DNA of 64,000 nucleotides from Callorhinchus milii. Taxonomy: Eukaryota. Positions 39,443 to 54,300 of this stretch are shown piece by piece. Position numbers and translations under genes: made by a program. The stretch's first letter is position 1, and every line of letters begins with the position of its first letter. The stretch spans positions 70,434,001 through 70,498,000 of the forward strand of contig NW_024704742.1 in NCBI RefSeq assembly GCF_018977255.1. The letters run 5' to 3'. A model generated the notes under the pieces. That model was not told the origin of the DNA, did not search any database, and saw only the letters and a list, made by a program, of their open reading frames with translations.

Positions 39443-39880
39443 TGCCAGTCTGACACAGTGTCGAGCTCTCGCCTCTGACCCAGAAGGTTGAAGCCACATG
39501 TCGTGATCTGGAATCACACAGTCTAAGCAGACACTCCAATGTAGCCCTGGGGTGTGTTGCATTGTTGGAGGTGCCGTCCTGTGGCTGAGAAATTAAATTG
39601 AGGTCCCGTCTGCCTGTTCAGATGGATGTTAAAGATCCCGCGGCGCTATTGGACAAAAGAAGGAAGTTTCTCTCTCCCAGTGTCCTGGCCAACAATTCCC
39701 CAATTAAAATCCGTCGCTCACTTCATGCCGTTTTGTGGCACGCTGCTGTGGCATATTGGCTACTGCGTTTCGCCCACAAAATACACAGTCGTGACACTTT
39801 ACAGTATATCTTGTGAAGCGCTTTGAGACGTCTCTACGACATGATAAGGTGCCATATCAAATGCAAAGATTATTATTATT
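39443..39880 (+). mobile_element. SINE family A copy, full length (about 440 bp)
   Basis: Degenerate head, complete core gaggtgccgtcct...gttaaagatcccg...gtgtcctggccaac...attggct.c.gcgtttcgccc, and tail gtgaagcgctttgagacgtc...aaatgcaaagattattattatt. Confidence 0.87.
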
Positions 39881-42800
39881 AAAAGACCAATTTGCCTCGT
39901 CAATGCTATCTCCTCCGTTGGTGCAGTCCCTCATCCCGACGAGGGTTGAGATGAGACAGCAACAACAAATTGCACTTGTATAGCACCTTTTATGTCAGGA
40001 GGATGTCCCAAGGTTCTGGCTGTCTGGGTATATCTTCTGAAGTAACTGTAGGCTGTTAACCTGGTGAAAGCAATCTCTTTTGCTGGGGCAGCATATTTAA
40101 TAAAAACATCCCTACATTGCAATTTTCTACATGACATGCTGACCCCCATTCACCATGTATCAAGGTAATGGGTTCACATCTTGGAATTAAGGAGGGAAAT
40201 GTTTTTTTAATGCATCTCTGAAGACGAATGGCCCGGCAAAGATAAACTAGTCCGTGAAGTGTTTTCCACAGAGATTTTAATAGCAAATTTCCTTGTTGGG
40301 AGAACAATGATAATAATAATCCTTGCATTTGATACAGCACCTTATCACGTCTTCAAGACATCTCAAAGCTACAGAATGTACTGTAAAGTGAAATATGGCA
40401 GCCAATTGCGCACAGCAGTGTCCCGCACACAGTCGTGGATTGACGGACTAAATTATTATTTTATTTATTTTCTTGAGGGATTCTTATCAGGCAAGTGGAG
40501 TAAGGAAACATGCCCAAGGTTTCGCCCTACTGGGAATCGAACCCAGGACTTTCGTTTGCGAGGCGAGTGCTCTAACTACTGAGCTACAGGGCTCCACCTG
40601 TATTTGCCTCTGGTGCGAGAGACACAGCTTAAAGAGGGAGTGAGAGAGAGGTAGAGACGAGGGGGGAGAGAGAAATAGAGAGAGAGGAGGGGTCAAAGAG
40701 AGAGTGGGGGGGACAAGTAACCTCAATTTCAAGTGGTCCACAGAGAGGGAACAAACTGTGTGAACTCCCATAGTCCAGGCTGACTCTCCAATATAACAAC
40801 AATAACAACTCACATTTATACAGTGGTTTTCACACATGGTCACGTCTCAAAGCGTTGCATTGTCAGGGACGCTGTTCTTTGGATGAGATGTTAAACCGAG
40901 GTCCCATCTATGCCTGTTTGTGTGGATGCTGAAGGTCCTGTGACACTATTCGAAAAGAGTTTCCAGTATCTTGGCCAACAAGATAAGGTCCATTATTCAC
41001 TGCATTGCTGTGTGCGGGGACATTGGTCTGTGTTAATTGGCTGCCGCATGACATACTCCCTCAAACTCTCAAATGTCTCAGACTCTCAGATTCTCGAAAG
41101 TCAGGGACTCTCGCCCACCCCAAACAGACCGTGTTCCCTGTTATGCTGTGTGCCTCGCACCTGAGGCAAATTCCTAGACAGTATGATGCCTGGATACAGT
41201 CACAAACAGCCGAGCACCAGGGCTCCCTTCCTCTTGTGTCTGTCTTGACGCTGCCCCTTCAATTGGATGACCAGCATGTAATTGACCGAGTATCCTGCAT
41301 TACTCAGTGTATATACAACAGGAAGCCCAGTAACTGTCAGTGTAAGTTTCCACCTTGTAACGCAATCGCTCGCTGCCGCCCACACACCAGCACCAGTTTA
41401 CATGGAGGCTGAGACTTCTTCATATCAGGAGATGCTAATTATTTATTCATTTCCTCTCTGCCCCTTCCTAAAAGACAAATGAAGGAGCATGTCAATGGTT
41501 TTAATCCAACCTTCTAATCGACATTATTTGAGGCCGGCTGATTTGATTTCAATCAAGGTTTTAAACACGATTCACTCAATATGTAGGATAAGCTACCACA
41601 TATCAAATCTGCGGCAGGGAATAGGCGGGACAGGTGGACAGCATTCGCTCCATGTGCTGGGGGTGGTGAGCAAGGGGTTCACTGCAATGAAGGTTCCGTC
41701 ATCAATTCAGACCTGAAAAACAAGTTCCTGTCCATGCCTGTTAAAGTGTGGGTGTGAGGATAGGGGGGAACCATGGATGGAGTAGCAAGGGGTTAAAAAT
41801 CCCATGGATCTTGCCCTGGTGTCCTATCAGATAATCTCCCACCACCTCCAACCAGATTAAAATTGGTCACTCACTTTATGTCTGATGCGGGACGTTATTA
41901 TGTACAAATCAGCTGCCTACATAATACACAGTCACTACACTTCACAGTAAATACTGTGAAGCGCTTTGAGGTGACCACCCGATGTGAACGGTTCTGTATC
42001 AAATTTAAGGATTACACGTAAAATAACCCATTCACTCTTTCTCTGTCGACCTGCCCTTGAATAATTCTCTACCCTAATAAATACGACAATTTGCGTTTAC
42101 ATGGCGGGCCCTCACTCAGGATAGCGTCTCGGAGCACGTAACCGTGGCCCTGAGCGAGGGAGGAGAGGGTAGGTACCCATTGGTGCAGTTGAAGAGGTAG
42201 GAGTTGAAGATTGATAAAGTTGGGTTGAAGTGGAGTGATTGAGGCAGATAGTTCCAGAGTTAGGGGTGAAGCCTAGGCCACCGAGTTGACGTGGGATGGG
42301 GTTACGAGCAGGGTCAGAGAGTTGTGGTGGTGCTGGGGTGTGAAGGGATTACTCCCCAGCAGTAAGTAGGAATCCGGTAGTTAGTCGTTTGGCGGATCGC
42401 TTTTCTGTGGGTAATAATTCCTTAAAATAAATAATACATTTGTTACTTCAATGCAAGACTGTTTGTGGGACACTGCTGTGTGCAATTGGCTGCCACATTT
42501 TGCCCACAAAATATATCGCCTTGCAAGCAAGAGGACCCGAGTTTAATTCCCAGGCAGGGCAAATCCTCAGGCAAACTCCCTTACTCCACTGGGAGAGAGA
42601 AACTCTCTTCTCTTTTTGCATAGCACCGCGGGACCTTTAACATCCATCTCTGTTTATCCAGCAGTAAGTGGGAACCCGGTTGTTAGTGAAATGACAGATC
42701 GCTTTCTGCGGGTAATAATCCCTTCAACAAATAATAATAATAATTTGATCACTCAATCCACGACTGTTTGTGAAACACTGCTGTGCGCAATTGGTTGCCG

Positions 42801-43819
42801 TGTTTCGCCCACAAATATACAGTCAATTCACTTTACAATATATTCTGTGATGCGCTTTGAGACGTCTAGAAGACATGAAAAGCACTATATCAAATGCAAG
42901 GATTATTATTATTATTTCACTGAGCTGTTGAGACAAACGGATAACACAGGGAAATCACATTTTACATTTGAGCGGACTGTGACATTTCTAAAGTAAACCC
43001 ACGGCAGCCAGAACTAGCTTATGAAAAGCCGCGGTCACTGTACTGTAGAGAGAGGGAATGAGAGAGAGGTCGAGATGAGGGGAGAGAGAGAGAGGAGGGG
43101 GGGCAAAGTGAGAGACAGTGGGGCAAATAGAGAGAGGGGGGAGAGAGAAAGAGAGAGAAGGGGAGGAGAGTGAGGGAGAAAGCGAGAGTGGGAGAAAGAA
43201 GAGGGAAAGAGAGAGAGCAGGAGTGGGGGAGAGAGAGAGAGAGAGAGAGAGCACCGATAAGTGGGAGCCAGAGGCAGTGTCTGGTTGTCACTGTCTCTGG
43301 GATTCCCAGGGGATGAGCATTCTGGTTATTTCTGTCCTATTCCATTCCCATTGGAGAAACAGCCTCTGCTCTTCATTCCTCATCCTAAAAGCCGTGTACT
43401 CCCGGTGTCCTGGCTAACATCATCCAGATTCTTTTCAGTTGCAGCGAGACAGCAGAACAAGTGTTCAGGGCAATTTCAGGACAGACACCAAAAAAACATT
43501 CCTTTACTCAAAGGCAGCTTAACAACTGGAACAGGTCACAGTCAGAGTGGTTGAGTCTCATCTGCCTGTTCAGGTGGATGTTAAAGATTCGCAGTGCCAC
43601 GCGAAAAGAGAAGAGAGTTTCTCTCTCCTGGTGTTCTGGCTGTCTGGCGTGAGGAGAGGGGAGTGAGAGTGAGGGGAGCGAGGGGAAGTGGAGCAAAGGG
43701 GGGAACTTAGGATCAGGAGTGGGCCATTCAGCCCCTTGAGCCTGTTCTGCATTCTAGTGGATCATGGCTGATCTGTACCTCAACTCCAATCAGTCGACTT
43801 TGGTCCATATCTCTTGATA

Positions 43820-44570
43820 TCCAGTCAGGATAGGAACCTCGGTGTCTTGTTCGACCCTCAACTGTCTTTTCTCCCCCACATTCAAGCCATGACCTGCTCT
43901 GCCTTCCCTCACCTCCGTAACATCCCCCGACTCTGCCACTACCTCACCCCTCAGGCCACTGAAACTCTTGTTCATGCCTTCATCACCTCCAGGCTCGACT
44001 ATGCAAGTGCCTTGCTTGTTGGGCTTCCCAACTCCTCCATCCACAGGCTGCAGATAATCCAGAACTCTGCAGCCCGTGTCCTCTCCCGCACCAAACTCCG
44101 TGATCCCATCTCCCCCACTCTCCCCCAACTCCACTGGCTCCCTATCCTTCAGAGGATCCAGTTCAAGATCCTGGTCCTCACATACAAAGCCCTCCATGGC
44201 CTCGCCCCACCCTAACTCTCCGACCTCCTAACCCCCTACCAACCAGCCCGCTCGCTCCTCTCAGCCGGCTCCGGCCTGCTCCACGTCCCCCGACCCACCC
44301 GCCCCACCATTGGTGGGAGAGCCTTCAGCCACTCTGCCTCCAACCTCTGGAATTCCATCCCCCAGTCACTCCGCCTCTCCCCCTCCTTAGCCTCCTTCAA
44401 GTCCTGCCTCAAGACCCTCCTCTTCGACCATGCCATCGGCCACCCCCTTCCCCTCCCCTCCCTTACCCCCCCAACCCCAGCTCGGGTCTGAAATGCTGTA
44501 CACTGTCCAGCGCCTTGGGACGTCCTCCCAATGTGAAAGGTGCTATACAAATGTAATCTTGTTGATGTTG
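43820..44570 (+). mobile_element. L2-clade LINE, 5'-truncated and young-looking
   Basis: RNLGVLFDPQLSFLPHI...HAFITSRLDY..ALLVGLP...LQIIQNSAAR...LHWLPILQRIQFKILVLTYKALHGLAPP, then the 3' UTR and an aaatgtaatcttgttg tail. Confidence 0.93.
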
Positions 44571-46997
44571 ATATCCTGACCTAACAAAAATTAATCCACC
44601 TCTAGAAAATTTGACTGGCAAGAGGGAGTGAGGGGGTAGGGGATCGAGGAGGGTAGAGGGGAATGAGGGAGTGGGTAGAGCGAAGGGGGCAGGGGAATGA
44701 GGGGAGAGGAGAGCGGGGGAGGGGAGCGAGCGGGGGAGGGTAACGAGTGGGGGAGGGGAGCGAGCGGGGGAGGGGAGCGAGGGGGGAGGGGAGGGAGTGG
44801 GGGAGGGGAGAGCGAGTGGTAGGGAGTGGGAGGGGAGAAGCAGTTTAATCAGTGTGGGAGGTATTCCCTGTCTACTGTGAACGCTGACAGGTTGCCCTGT
44901 GCCCGTATACGAAAGGAAGATTAGAGCTAATCGGAATGACAGCATTTTTCTCTTTGTTATTAAGCATGTAGATACTTATAGAAAGACCCGACCAGCACCA
45001 GATTTTTTTGCTGATCTATTGAAGCTGTTCATTAGCTTCAAGGCATCTCTCTCTCTCTCTTTCTCTCTCTCTGACTTTTGTTTTCCCTCTCTCTCTTGCT
45101 CTCTTTCTCTAATTCATTCCCCCTCTCTTGCTTTCTACGTTTCATTCTTTCTCTTGCTCTCTCTTATTCGGTCTCTCTCTCGCCGTCTTTCTAACACTTT
45201 CTCTCTCCTCCTTTCTCTTTCTCACTCTCACACTCTCTCTTGCCATTGCTCTCCTCTCTCTCTCTCTTGCATTCTGTCTCTCTCTCACCATCTTTTTCGC
45301 GCTCTCTCTCTCGTTCTTTCTCTCTCCTGCGATCTCTCACTGTTTCTCGCGTTCTGTCACTCTCCTGCCACCTCTATCTCGCCATCTTTTTATTGCTGTC
45401 TCTCACTCTTTTGCTCTCTCTCTTTCTCATTCTCCCTGTCATTCTTTTCCTGTAGCTAAGTGGTTAGAGCACTCTCCTCGCAAGCGAGAGACCTGGTTCA
45501 ATTCCCGGGCAGGGTGAAAATTTGGGCAAGATTCCTTACTCCAACGCCTCTGTTTACCTAGCAGTAAGCAGGAACCCGGTTGTTGGTCGAGTGGTGGATC
45601 TCTTTCCCGGGGTAATTATCCCTTCAATAAAATAATAATAATAATTTGGTCACTCAATCCACGGCTGTTTGCGTTTTGCCCACAAAATATAGTCAATTCA
45701 TTTTATAGTATATTCTGTGAAGTGCTTTGAGACATAGGAGCATAGGAACATGAGTAGGCCATTCAGCCCTTCGAGCCTGTTCCGCTTCAATTAGATCGTG
45801 GCTGATCTGTACCGCAACTAATCCTGTCAAATTGTTTTGAAGGAATTATTAGCCCCGGAAAAGCAATCCGCCAATTGACTAAACAACCAGGTTTTTACTT
45901 ACTGTAAACACAGGCATGTGGAGTAAGGAAACTTGCCCAACTTTTCACCTTGCCCGGGAAACAAACCCATGTCTCTCGCATGTAAGGCGAGATATCTCAA
46001 AGACGTGCTAAGGCGTTATATCAAATGCAAGGATTATTATTATTATTATTATTATGAAGTTCCAGATAGCAGGTGGCTGAAAGCTTGCCCAGATGCAGCA
46101 GATAGAGAGGGAGCGTGGAGAAGGCCAGTGACAAGGGAACAGCTGGGTTGATATGGGTGAAGGAGAGGAACAAATTGCATGCTGTGATCTCTAGCAAGGA
46201 CCAAGGGTTATTAGAGAGAGATAGTGAATGAGGCTGACAGAGACAGATATGGCCAGGGACTGATGGTGGATATCAGTGTAGGCTTGTCAGAGCGAGGGTC
46301 AGGGGACCTCTAGAGAGGTTTCACCAGGACAAGCTCAGCCTGTCAGTGAAACACTGCGAGACGAGGGCTCATTTATCTGGAGTGTAAAGTGGAACACACG
46401 TCATGGGGGCATAGTCGCTATCACACTCTGTGTTGATTTATGGAGAGGGAGAGAAAGAGCGAGAGAAGAAATGGGACACAATCATTCTCACTCTATCCCA
46501 CTCTCTCTCACTTACTCTTGCGAGTTATTGTTGTTGCTGTGTTTCTCTCTCTCTCACTCTCTTTCACTCTGTCTATCCCTCTCTCATTCACTTACACATT
46601 TTATCTCTCTGACTCTCTCACTCTGTCTATCCCGCTCTCACTCTATTACACACTCTGTCTCTTTCCCTCTCTTTCTCTCTCTAATTTTCACCCACAAAAT
46701 ATAGTCAACTCGCTTTACAGTATTTGTGTGAAGTGCTTTGAGACATCTCAATGACGTGATAAGGCACTATATCAAATGCAAGGATTATTATTATTATAAC
46801 CCCATCTGGCCTGGTCTCACTCTCTTACATTCTCTCACATTGTCTTACACTCTCACTCTTTCTTGTAGTGTCATCTTGTAGGGCTCGTGGCTAGGTGCCA
46901 ATGGAACTTCAGGCTTCAGCGGATAATTCCTGCCATCTCTTTTGAGGTTTTCCACCAGTTTTCTTGCCCGGACTGACCTCCCCATTGTTTCCGGTAG

Positions 46998-47174
<177 letters not shown>

Positions 47175-47191
47175 TAATCCTTACATTGTGT

Positions 47192-47548
47192 GTCAGCCTG
47201 GCTCAGGCAGTAGATTTCTCACCCCTGAATCAGAAGGCTGTTGGTTCAAGCTTCCACATTGGTCCTTTACGGTCTAGGCTGACACTCCAGTGCAGTGCTG
47301 GGGGTGTGATGCATTGTCGGAGACTTCACATGAGACGTTAGACTGAGGTCCTGTCTGTTTGTTCAGGTGGATGTTAAACTTCTTATGGCACTTTCGGAAA
47401 AGAGAAGTTTCTTTCTCCCAGTGTCCTGACCAACAGTACTCCAGATAAAATTGGTCATTCACTTCAAGACTATGTGTGGGATATCACTGTGTGCAAAATG
47501 GCTGCCACGTTTACACATAAAATACACAGTCATTGCACTTTACAGGAT
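47192..47548 (+). mobile_element. SINE family A copy 100 nt downstream of a DOCK exon
   Basis: gtcagcctggctcagg head, ggttcaagc B box, Deu-type core. Confidence 0.82.
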
Positions 47549-48621
47549 ATCTCTCCTCTTTTCGAATAGTAATGAAAGAACAAGGTTATGGGATTGAGTC
47601 CCATGTGGGACCAGGAGCCCATATGTCTACACTGACAGTGTAATCCAGTGCTGGACTGGGTTGTATTGTCGGCAATGCCTTACTTTGGCTGAGATGTTGA
47701 ACCAGATGAGATATTAAGGTCTCATCTGCCCAGGGCACTATTCTAAAACAGAATGCAGTTTCCCTCTCTCGCTGTCCTGGCTGACAATCCCCTGAAAATT
47801 GGTAACTCACTCCATGGCTGTTTGTGGGACGTTGCTGTGCGCAAACTGGCTGCCACGCTCACCCACAAAATACACAGTCACTACACTTTACAGCATAACC
47901 CGTGAAGATGGTTTGAGGCATATCAAATGCAAGTATAGTAGATGACGAATTTGTCACTAACGCTATGGTTGTTTGCGGGCCCTTGCTGCGAGCAAAATGG
48001 CCGCCGTGTTCTTCGAGCAATCAAAACGGTGAAAAGCTTTGAGACGCTGTTTTTCTCCTTTTCTGGTCTCTTAACAAGGAAAGCTCGGCTTTGAGCACAC
48101 TGTCTGCAGAGAAGGATGAGGAAAAAAAAACACACTCAATATCTTGTCAAGAGACAGTCTGCCTGGGAGCGTAAAATAATTATAATATTAATATACAGGT
48201 GTCAAGTCAACAATGGGTATTAATCCTAGATCCTAGATTGTGTCAGCCCCATCAAAGTGCTGCGATTATATGTGTGATGGGGAACCGTGTGCCGGCACAA
48301 TAAATCTCAGTGGGGTTTCTCTCTTTTCTCGCTCCACACGCTGTGTTTATTAATTATATGGCACAGTGTATGACGCATTAGCCAAATGCTAATATTTGGT
48401 TAAAAGGGAATGAGTGATGGGGTCTCCCTCCTCCCCCCCAGGCCAAGCTGGCACTGAGGGTAGCCGGAGGAGGACGTGGGCAATTCTCTGTATTTGAAAA
48501 GATTTTGGCTCTCTCTGTCTCTGCCTCTCTCTCTGTCTCTCCCTCTATCTGTCTGTGTCTCTCCTTCTGTCTCTACCTCTGTTAGTCTGACTGTTTCTCT
48601 GTTTGTCTCGCCCCCTGTATA

Positions 48622-48656
<35 letters not shown>

Positions 48657-48817
48657 ATCTCCTTCTGTTTGTTTCTCTGTCTCTCACTCTGACATCCTCT
48701 CCCTCTGTGACCTCGGCTCTCTCTGCCTCCTTGTCTGGCTGGACCTCTCTGCCCCATTCAACACAGTCGACCACTGCTTCACCTCCCCCATCCACCTTAC
48801 ATAGAATTACATAGAAT

Positions 48818-49170
48818 GTACAGCACAGAAACAGACCATTCGGCCCATCTGGTATATGCCGGTGTTTATGCTCCACATGAGCCTCCTCCTGCCCTTCCTC
48901 AACTAAGCCTATCAGCATAACCTACTAGTCCCTTCTCCCTCATGTACTTATCTAGCTTCCCCTTAAATGCATCCATGTTATTCGCTTCAACTACTCCTTG
49001 TGATAGCAAGTTCCACATCCGCACCACTCTCTGAATAAAGAAGTTTCTTCTAACTTCCCTATTTGATTTATTGGTGACTATTTTATATTGGACACTGGTT
49101 TTGGTCCCCCCACAAGTGGAAACATCTACTTTATGTCTACCCTATCAAAGCCATTCATAATTTGAAACAC
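48818..49170 (-). mobile_element. CR1 LINE 3' end (antisense)
   Basis: acatagaattacatagaatgtacagcacagaaacagaccattcggccc... tail repeat and 3' UTR, then ttccacatccgcaccactctctgaataaagaagtt (antisense of NFFIQRVVRMW). Confidence 0.83.
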
Positions 49171-49174
49171 CTTA

Positions 49175-49540
49175 GTAGAACCGCAATTGTATGGTTCGAG
49201 TCTTACTTAACAAACTGCCAGCAAAGTCTTGGCGATGTTATCCGCAGTTGTGGGGTCAACTTCCACAAGTATGTGGATGACACCCAAATCTACTTTTCCT
49301 CCAGCTGCGACTCCCAGTCCGCTGATGTACTTTCAGCTTGTTTGATGGACATCATGGCCTGGATGAGCGCATTTCCTGCAGCTGAATGTCAGCAGGACGG
49401 AAGCCATACTTATTGTCTCCCATCAACGTCTTCTCTCCTGCAGGTCTGAACTCCTCAACCTCTCTGGGCTCTTCCTTGCCGAACCCATGCGCAATTTAGG
49501 TGTCAGGTTCGATCCCCAGCTTTCCTTTCTACCGCACATC
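49175..49540 (+). mobile_element. Decayed L2 reverse transcriptase fragment
   Basis: WFESYL, FHKYVDDTQIY (the YADD region), CL.DI.AWM and RNLGV.FD motifs, with deletions. Confidence 0.75.
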
Positions 49541-51009
49541 TTTATCTCTGAGTCAGAAGGTTGTGGGTTCAAGCCCCATGTTGGGACATCGAGCTCACAG
49601 TCTAGGCTAGCGCTCCAATACAGTGCTACATCTTTGGAAGTGCCATCCTTCAGATAATACCTTAAAACAAGGTCCCGTGTTTGCCCTGTTCGGGTGGACG
49701 TTAAAGATCCTGTGTCATTATTTGAAAAGAGAAGGGAGTTTTTCTATCTCTCTCTCTCTCTCTCTCACAGTTTCCTGCTTGACAATCCCCCAAATAATCT
49801 GTTTCACCCACAAAATTTACAGTCAAATTCACTTTTCAGTGTATTCTGTGAAGTGCTTTGAGATGTCTGGAAGGTGTGATAAGGCGCTATATCAAATACC
49901 ATGATTATTATTGTAGATCAAATTGATCCTTCACTCCATGGCTGTTTGTGGGACATTGCCATGCTCAATTTGACTGCTGCAGTCCCTTACAAAACACACG
50001 GTCACAAGACTTTACAGTAGCTTCCTGTGACGTGCTTTGAGACGTTTAAATGACGTGATAAGGTGCTGTATCAAATGCAAGGATTATTTTAATACCTCCC
50101 TCATTGGGAGGGTGTTTGAAAGTGCTTCACAAGATTTTACTGCAAATGCTGTGATCGAATGTTTATTGAGTCCTTTGAATGAGACGTTAAACCGAGCTCC
50201 CCAAGATCCTGCGCCTGTTCAGTTTGATGGTAAAGATCCTGCGAGGTTGTTGGAAAAGAGAAGGGAGGTCCTCTCTCCCAATGTCTTGGGTAACAATCCC
50301 CCAAATAATATCAGTCGTTCACTTCATGGCTGTTTGTGGTACATTGCTGTGCACATGTTGGTTGCCGGGTTCTCCTGCAATATAAACAGTCACTACACTT
50401 TACAGTGAATCCTACTTGGAGAGATTCTCTTGACATAGAAGGCGCTGTATCAAATTGATACTATTGTTAGAGAGAGAGTGAGGGAGAGAATAAGAGAGAA
50501 AGAGCGAGTGGTGTACATTGAGTCACTGTCTCGGTGATATATTCCATTTAAAATATAATTAGGTGAAGATTTAGCAGTAGTTAACATACGAGAGAGATAA
50601 TGAGGACATATTTAATGGGTGACTGTATTCCTTTGTGATTCAGTTCAGCTGCAGGCAGTTCAAAGTGCTCCCTAGCTGGAAAACCATAGAGAATTCTGAA
50701 ATCACCCTGACTCCACAGTGAGAAATTCTCTAATGTAGAGGATTCTTAATCAACCTTCATCCTGCTAACTCTCGCTCTCTTCTTCGCTTATTATCTTCCT
50801 CGTCTTTTCTCTTTTCCACTCCCTCTCTTTCTCTCATTCTTTTCTAACTCTCCTGTCTTCTCTATCTCACTCTCTCCTGAATTCACTCTCTCTCTCTCTC
50901 TCGCTCTCTCTCATTCTCTTACTCTCATTTGTTCTCATGCACTCAATCGCTGTCTTTTGCTCCCTGTCTCACTCTCTGGAAAATTTTCATGTGTAGATAC
51001 AATACAAGA

Positions 51010-51350
51010 AACAAAATTACATTTACACAGCGCCTTTCACGTCTAGAGAATGTCCTAAGGTGCTGGACAGTCAGAGATTTGGACACGAGCTAGAGGGGGG
51101 AGGGGTGTGTGTGGACGGGTGTTGGGTTCAGGGAGGGTAGAGGATTGGGAGGGTACAATTTGACCTTATGGTCAAAGATGCAGTCAAAGAGGAGGGTCTT
51201 GAGACATGCCTTGCAGGAGACAAGGAAGGGAGTGAGGTGAAGGGAATGTTGGATGTAGTTCCAAAGGGTGGAGGCAGAGAGGCTGAAGGCTCGACCGCCA
51301 ATGGTGGGATTGTGGGATAGGCCGGGCTAGGGTCATGGAGCAGGCCAGAG
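51010..51350 (-). mobile_element. L2-clade LINE 3' fragment
   Basis: gagaggctgaaggctcgaccgccaatggtggg (antisense of TIGGRAFSL) plus the LINE tail. Confidence 0.78.
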
Positions 51351-54300
51351 CTGTGGGACACTGCTGTGCGCAATTGACTGCCCTGTTTTGCCGACAAATA
51401 TACAGTCAATTCACTTTACAGCATATTCTGTGAAGCGCTTTGAGACGTCTAGAAGATGTGAAAAGCACTGTATCAAATGCAAGGATTATTAAGCGGACAG
51501 GTTGATATGGGGTCATCATGTCATAGGAAAGTGCTGTGGAGGGTCTTGAAGGCGAGGACATGCCTACGTGGAACTCTCAGTCTCGTTTGGATACTGTCAA
51601 GTACAGTAATGGGTTTCTGCGTGTGTCAGACACCCAGCTGATCATGGTGATGGGTTTCCACGTATGTCAGACAAAAAAACATTAGTGAGGCTGCTTTCTA
51701 AGCTGAATCTTGCTGTGAGACTTCCAGAGCCCAGGACATACGGAAGCAATGTCTCTTTAGCTCATGAAGACAAGGTTACCAAGCTTTATAAGCCTGTGCC
51801 TTTTCCCAGACATAATTATCTAGTGAAAAATTATCAAACGCAAATAATAAAATATGCATTCAGAGCTGTATCTGCGTTACCCCTTGGGCCAATTTACAAA
51901 GCAGATTTGCCAGTCTTTCACCAGGTAATGGCAAACATATTAATAGGGATAAATGGGTTCAGGCCAAAGGCCCTGGACTGCAGTAAACTCCTTCATGACT
52001 CTTTCGTGCTACATACTTTATTCTGCTGCAAAGATTGATTTATTGTTTAAAAGCGGCCCTTAATTTCATTTTCATTTCCAATTCCCGGCATTTAATCGCT
52101 GTGACAAAGAGGCACTCATGAAATACTCCAGTCTGCTCTTTCCAAATATTTAATCTTCAATTTTACTTCATTCTCTTTTTCCTTCTCTCTTTTTCACTCC
52201 ATCTTTCTCTTTCTCACTCTATCTCTGTCTCTCTCTCTCTTTCTTTCACTTTATCTCTCCCTCTTATTCTCTCTCTTTTTCTCTCTCTCACGTTCACTCT
52301 TTTTTTCTCTCACTCACTCTTTGTCTCATTGTCTTTCACTTTATCTTTTTCACTCCCTCTCTCTCTTTGCAAGGACACATCTGTCTTGTAACTATATCCA
52401 ACTGTTCTCTGTCATACTTCACTGCAGGGTTCCAATTATGAATAATAATAAAAATAATCTTTGAAACAGCGCCTTATCACATTGTGAAAGCCCTTCACAG
52501 GAAAGTGCAGGGTTTGTGAATTTTGTAGATGAACACAGCAGCCAATTATGTGCACAGCAATGTCCTACAAACAGCCATGAAGTGAGTGACCAATGTTATC
52601 TGGGGGATTGTTGGCCAGGACACCGAGAGAGAGAAACTCCCTTCTCTTTTTAAATAGCACCACGGGATCTTTAACGTCCATCTGAACAGGCACAGACGGG
52701 GCCTCAGAAACTCTTAAGCAGAGTGATGGGTTTCCCAATGTTTTGGACACCCAGCCGATCAAAAAAAAATTATTTTATTATTGCTATTATTAATGGTTAC
52801 AGAAAAGCAAGAAAATGTACCAGGCTCAGTGGGTGCCGAGGTGCTCCAGTGTCACAAGGAAGGATCGTAGACATTCACAGCACAGAAGGAGGCCATTCAG
52901 CCCATTGAGCCCTCTTCAACCGTACCTTCACCTCCCCTCTCAACTCTCTACCCCCTCCTCGCACCCTCCCTTCCCTCCCCCTGACCATTTAACCCCCTTC
53001 TCGGGTCCTGACCCAACTGTCCAGCGCCTTGGGACGTCCTCCCGACGTGAAAGGCACTCTATAAATGCAATCTTGTTGTGTATTTTGTGGGTGAAACGCA
53101 ACAGACAGTTTGCACACAGCAGTGTCCCACAAACAGCCACGGACTAAGTGACCAATTTATTTGGGGCGATTGTTGGCCAGGACACAGAGAGAGAGAAACT
53201 CCCTGTCGACACCTCCGACAATGCAACACCCCCCAGCACCACATTGGAGAGTCAGCTTAGACGATGTGATTCCACGTCCTGACGTGGGGCTTGAACCCAC
53301 AACCATTTGACTCGGAGACGAGTCAAACTGCTGCTGCCCTATTCCCACATCCCTTCAAGCGTTTATCCTTCATAAACCCGCCTACTTCCCTCTCGAACCC
53401 CGCAATGCACTCTGCCTCTACCACCAGGCCATCTCGGTGGAAGGTGAAATCCTTGAGTGTTGGTGTTCAAGCGAGTTGCCTTATTGACGGAAAAAAGGAT
53501 GAATTGGCATCTTTGTAATGTCATCTCATTATGTTATTGTTTTAATGATTGCCCGCGCTGGAGTTAACTCATGTGAGGGGATGGTAATGAGTTGCAATGG
53601 AGTGTTTTGTGCCGACACAGCGAGTCTGTATCTGCCGACATGGTTCTCTCAATGACGGGAGACCTGACACCCATCCTTCATTTTCTTTGTTGTTTTTTTA
53701 AGAGTTTACAGTCTTTTATGCATGGAGGCCACTTGCAAATGAGCAACTTGCACCACGGGGAGGGCCCAATAACATAGAGAGTGGGAGAGAAAGAGAGAGG
53801 GAGAGAGAGAAAGCAGGAAGGAGAGAGCGAGAGAATGTGGGAGAGAGAGAGAAAAAAGGGGAGAGGGAAAAGAAAGCACGAAAGAAAGAAAGAAAGTCAC
53901 CCAGCGAGCACAGTGTAAATCAAATGCTACAAAATGGCCGACTTCCGGGTTGCCGGGCCTCTGGTGCCTTGTCCTGTGTGCAGATCGTGTCAGCCTGGCT
54001 CTGTTGGCGTGTGAGTCACACACCCATACTCACCGTGAGTCAAGCAGAAGGCATCAATAATATAATAACATAAGAATAAGAATAATCCTTGCATTTGACA
54101 TCGTGCCTTATCGCAGCCATGGAGTGAGTGACCAATTTTATTTGTTTCAAATAGCGCCACGGGATTTTTAACAACCACAAATTACATTTGTATAAGCCTT
54201 TCACATGAGGAGGACGTCCCAAGGCGCCTTTTACATCAGGAGGATGCCCCCGAACAGCACCTCTGACAATGCCACACATCCCCAGCACTGCAATGGAATG

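Noticed and set aside
51664..52038. 124-aa ORF in non-repetitive sequence
   Set aside because: No recognisable domain, it starts within a repeat fragment, and the DOCK exons on either side already splice in frame without it.
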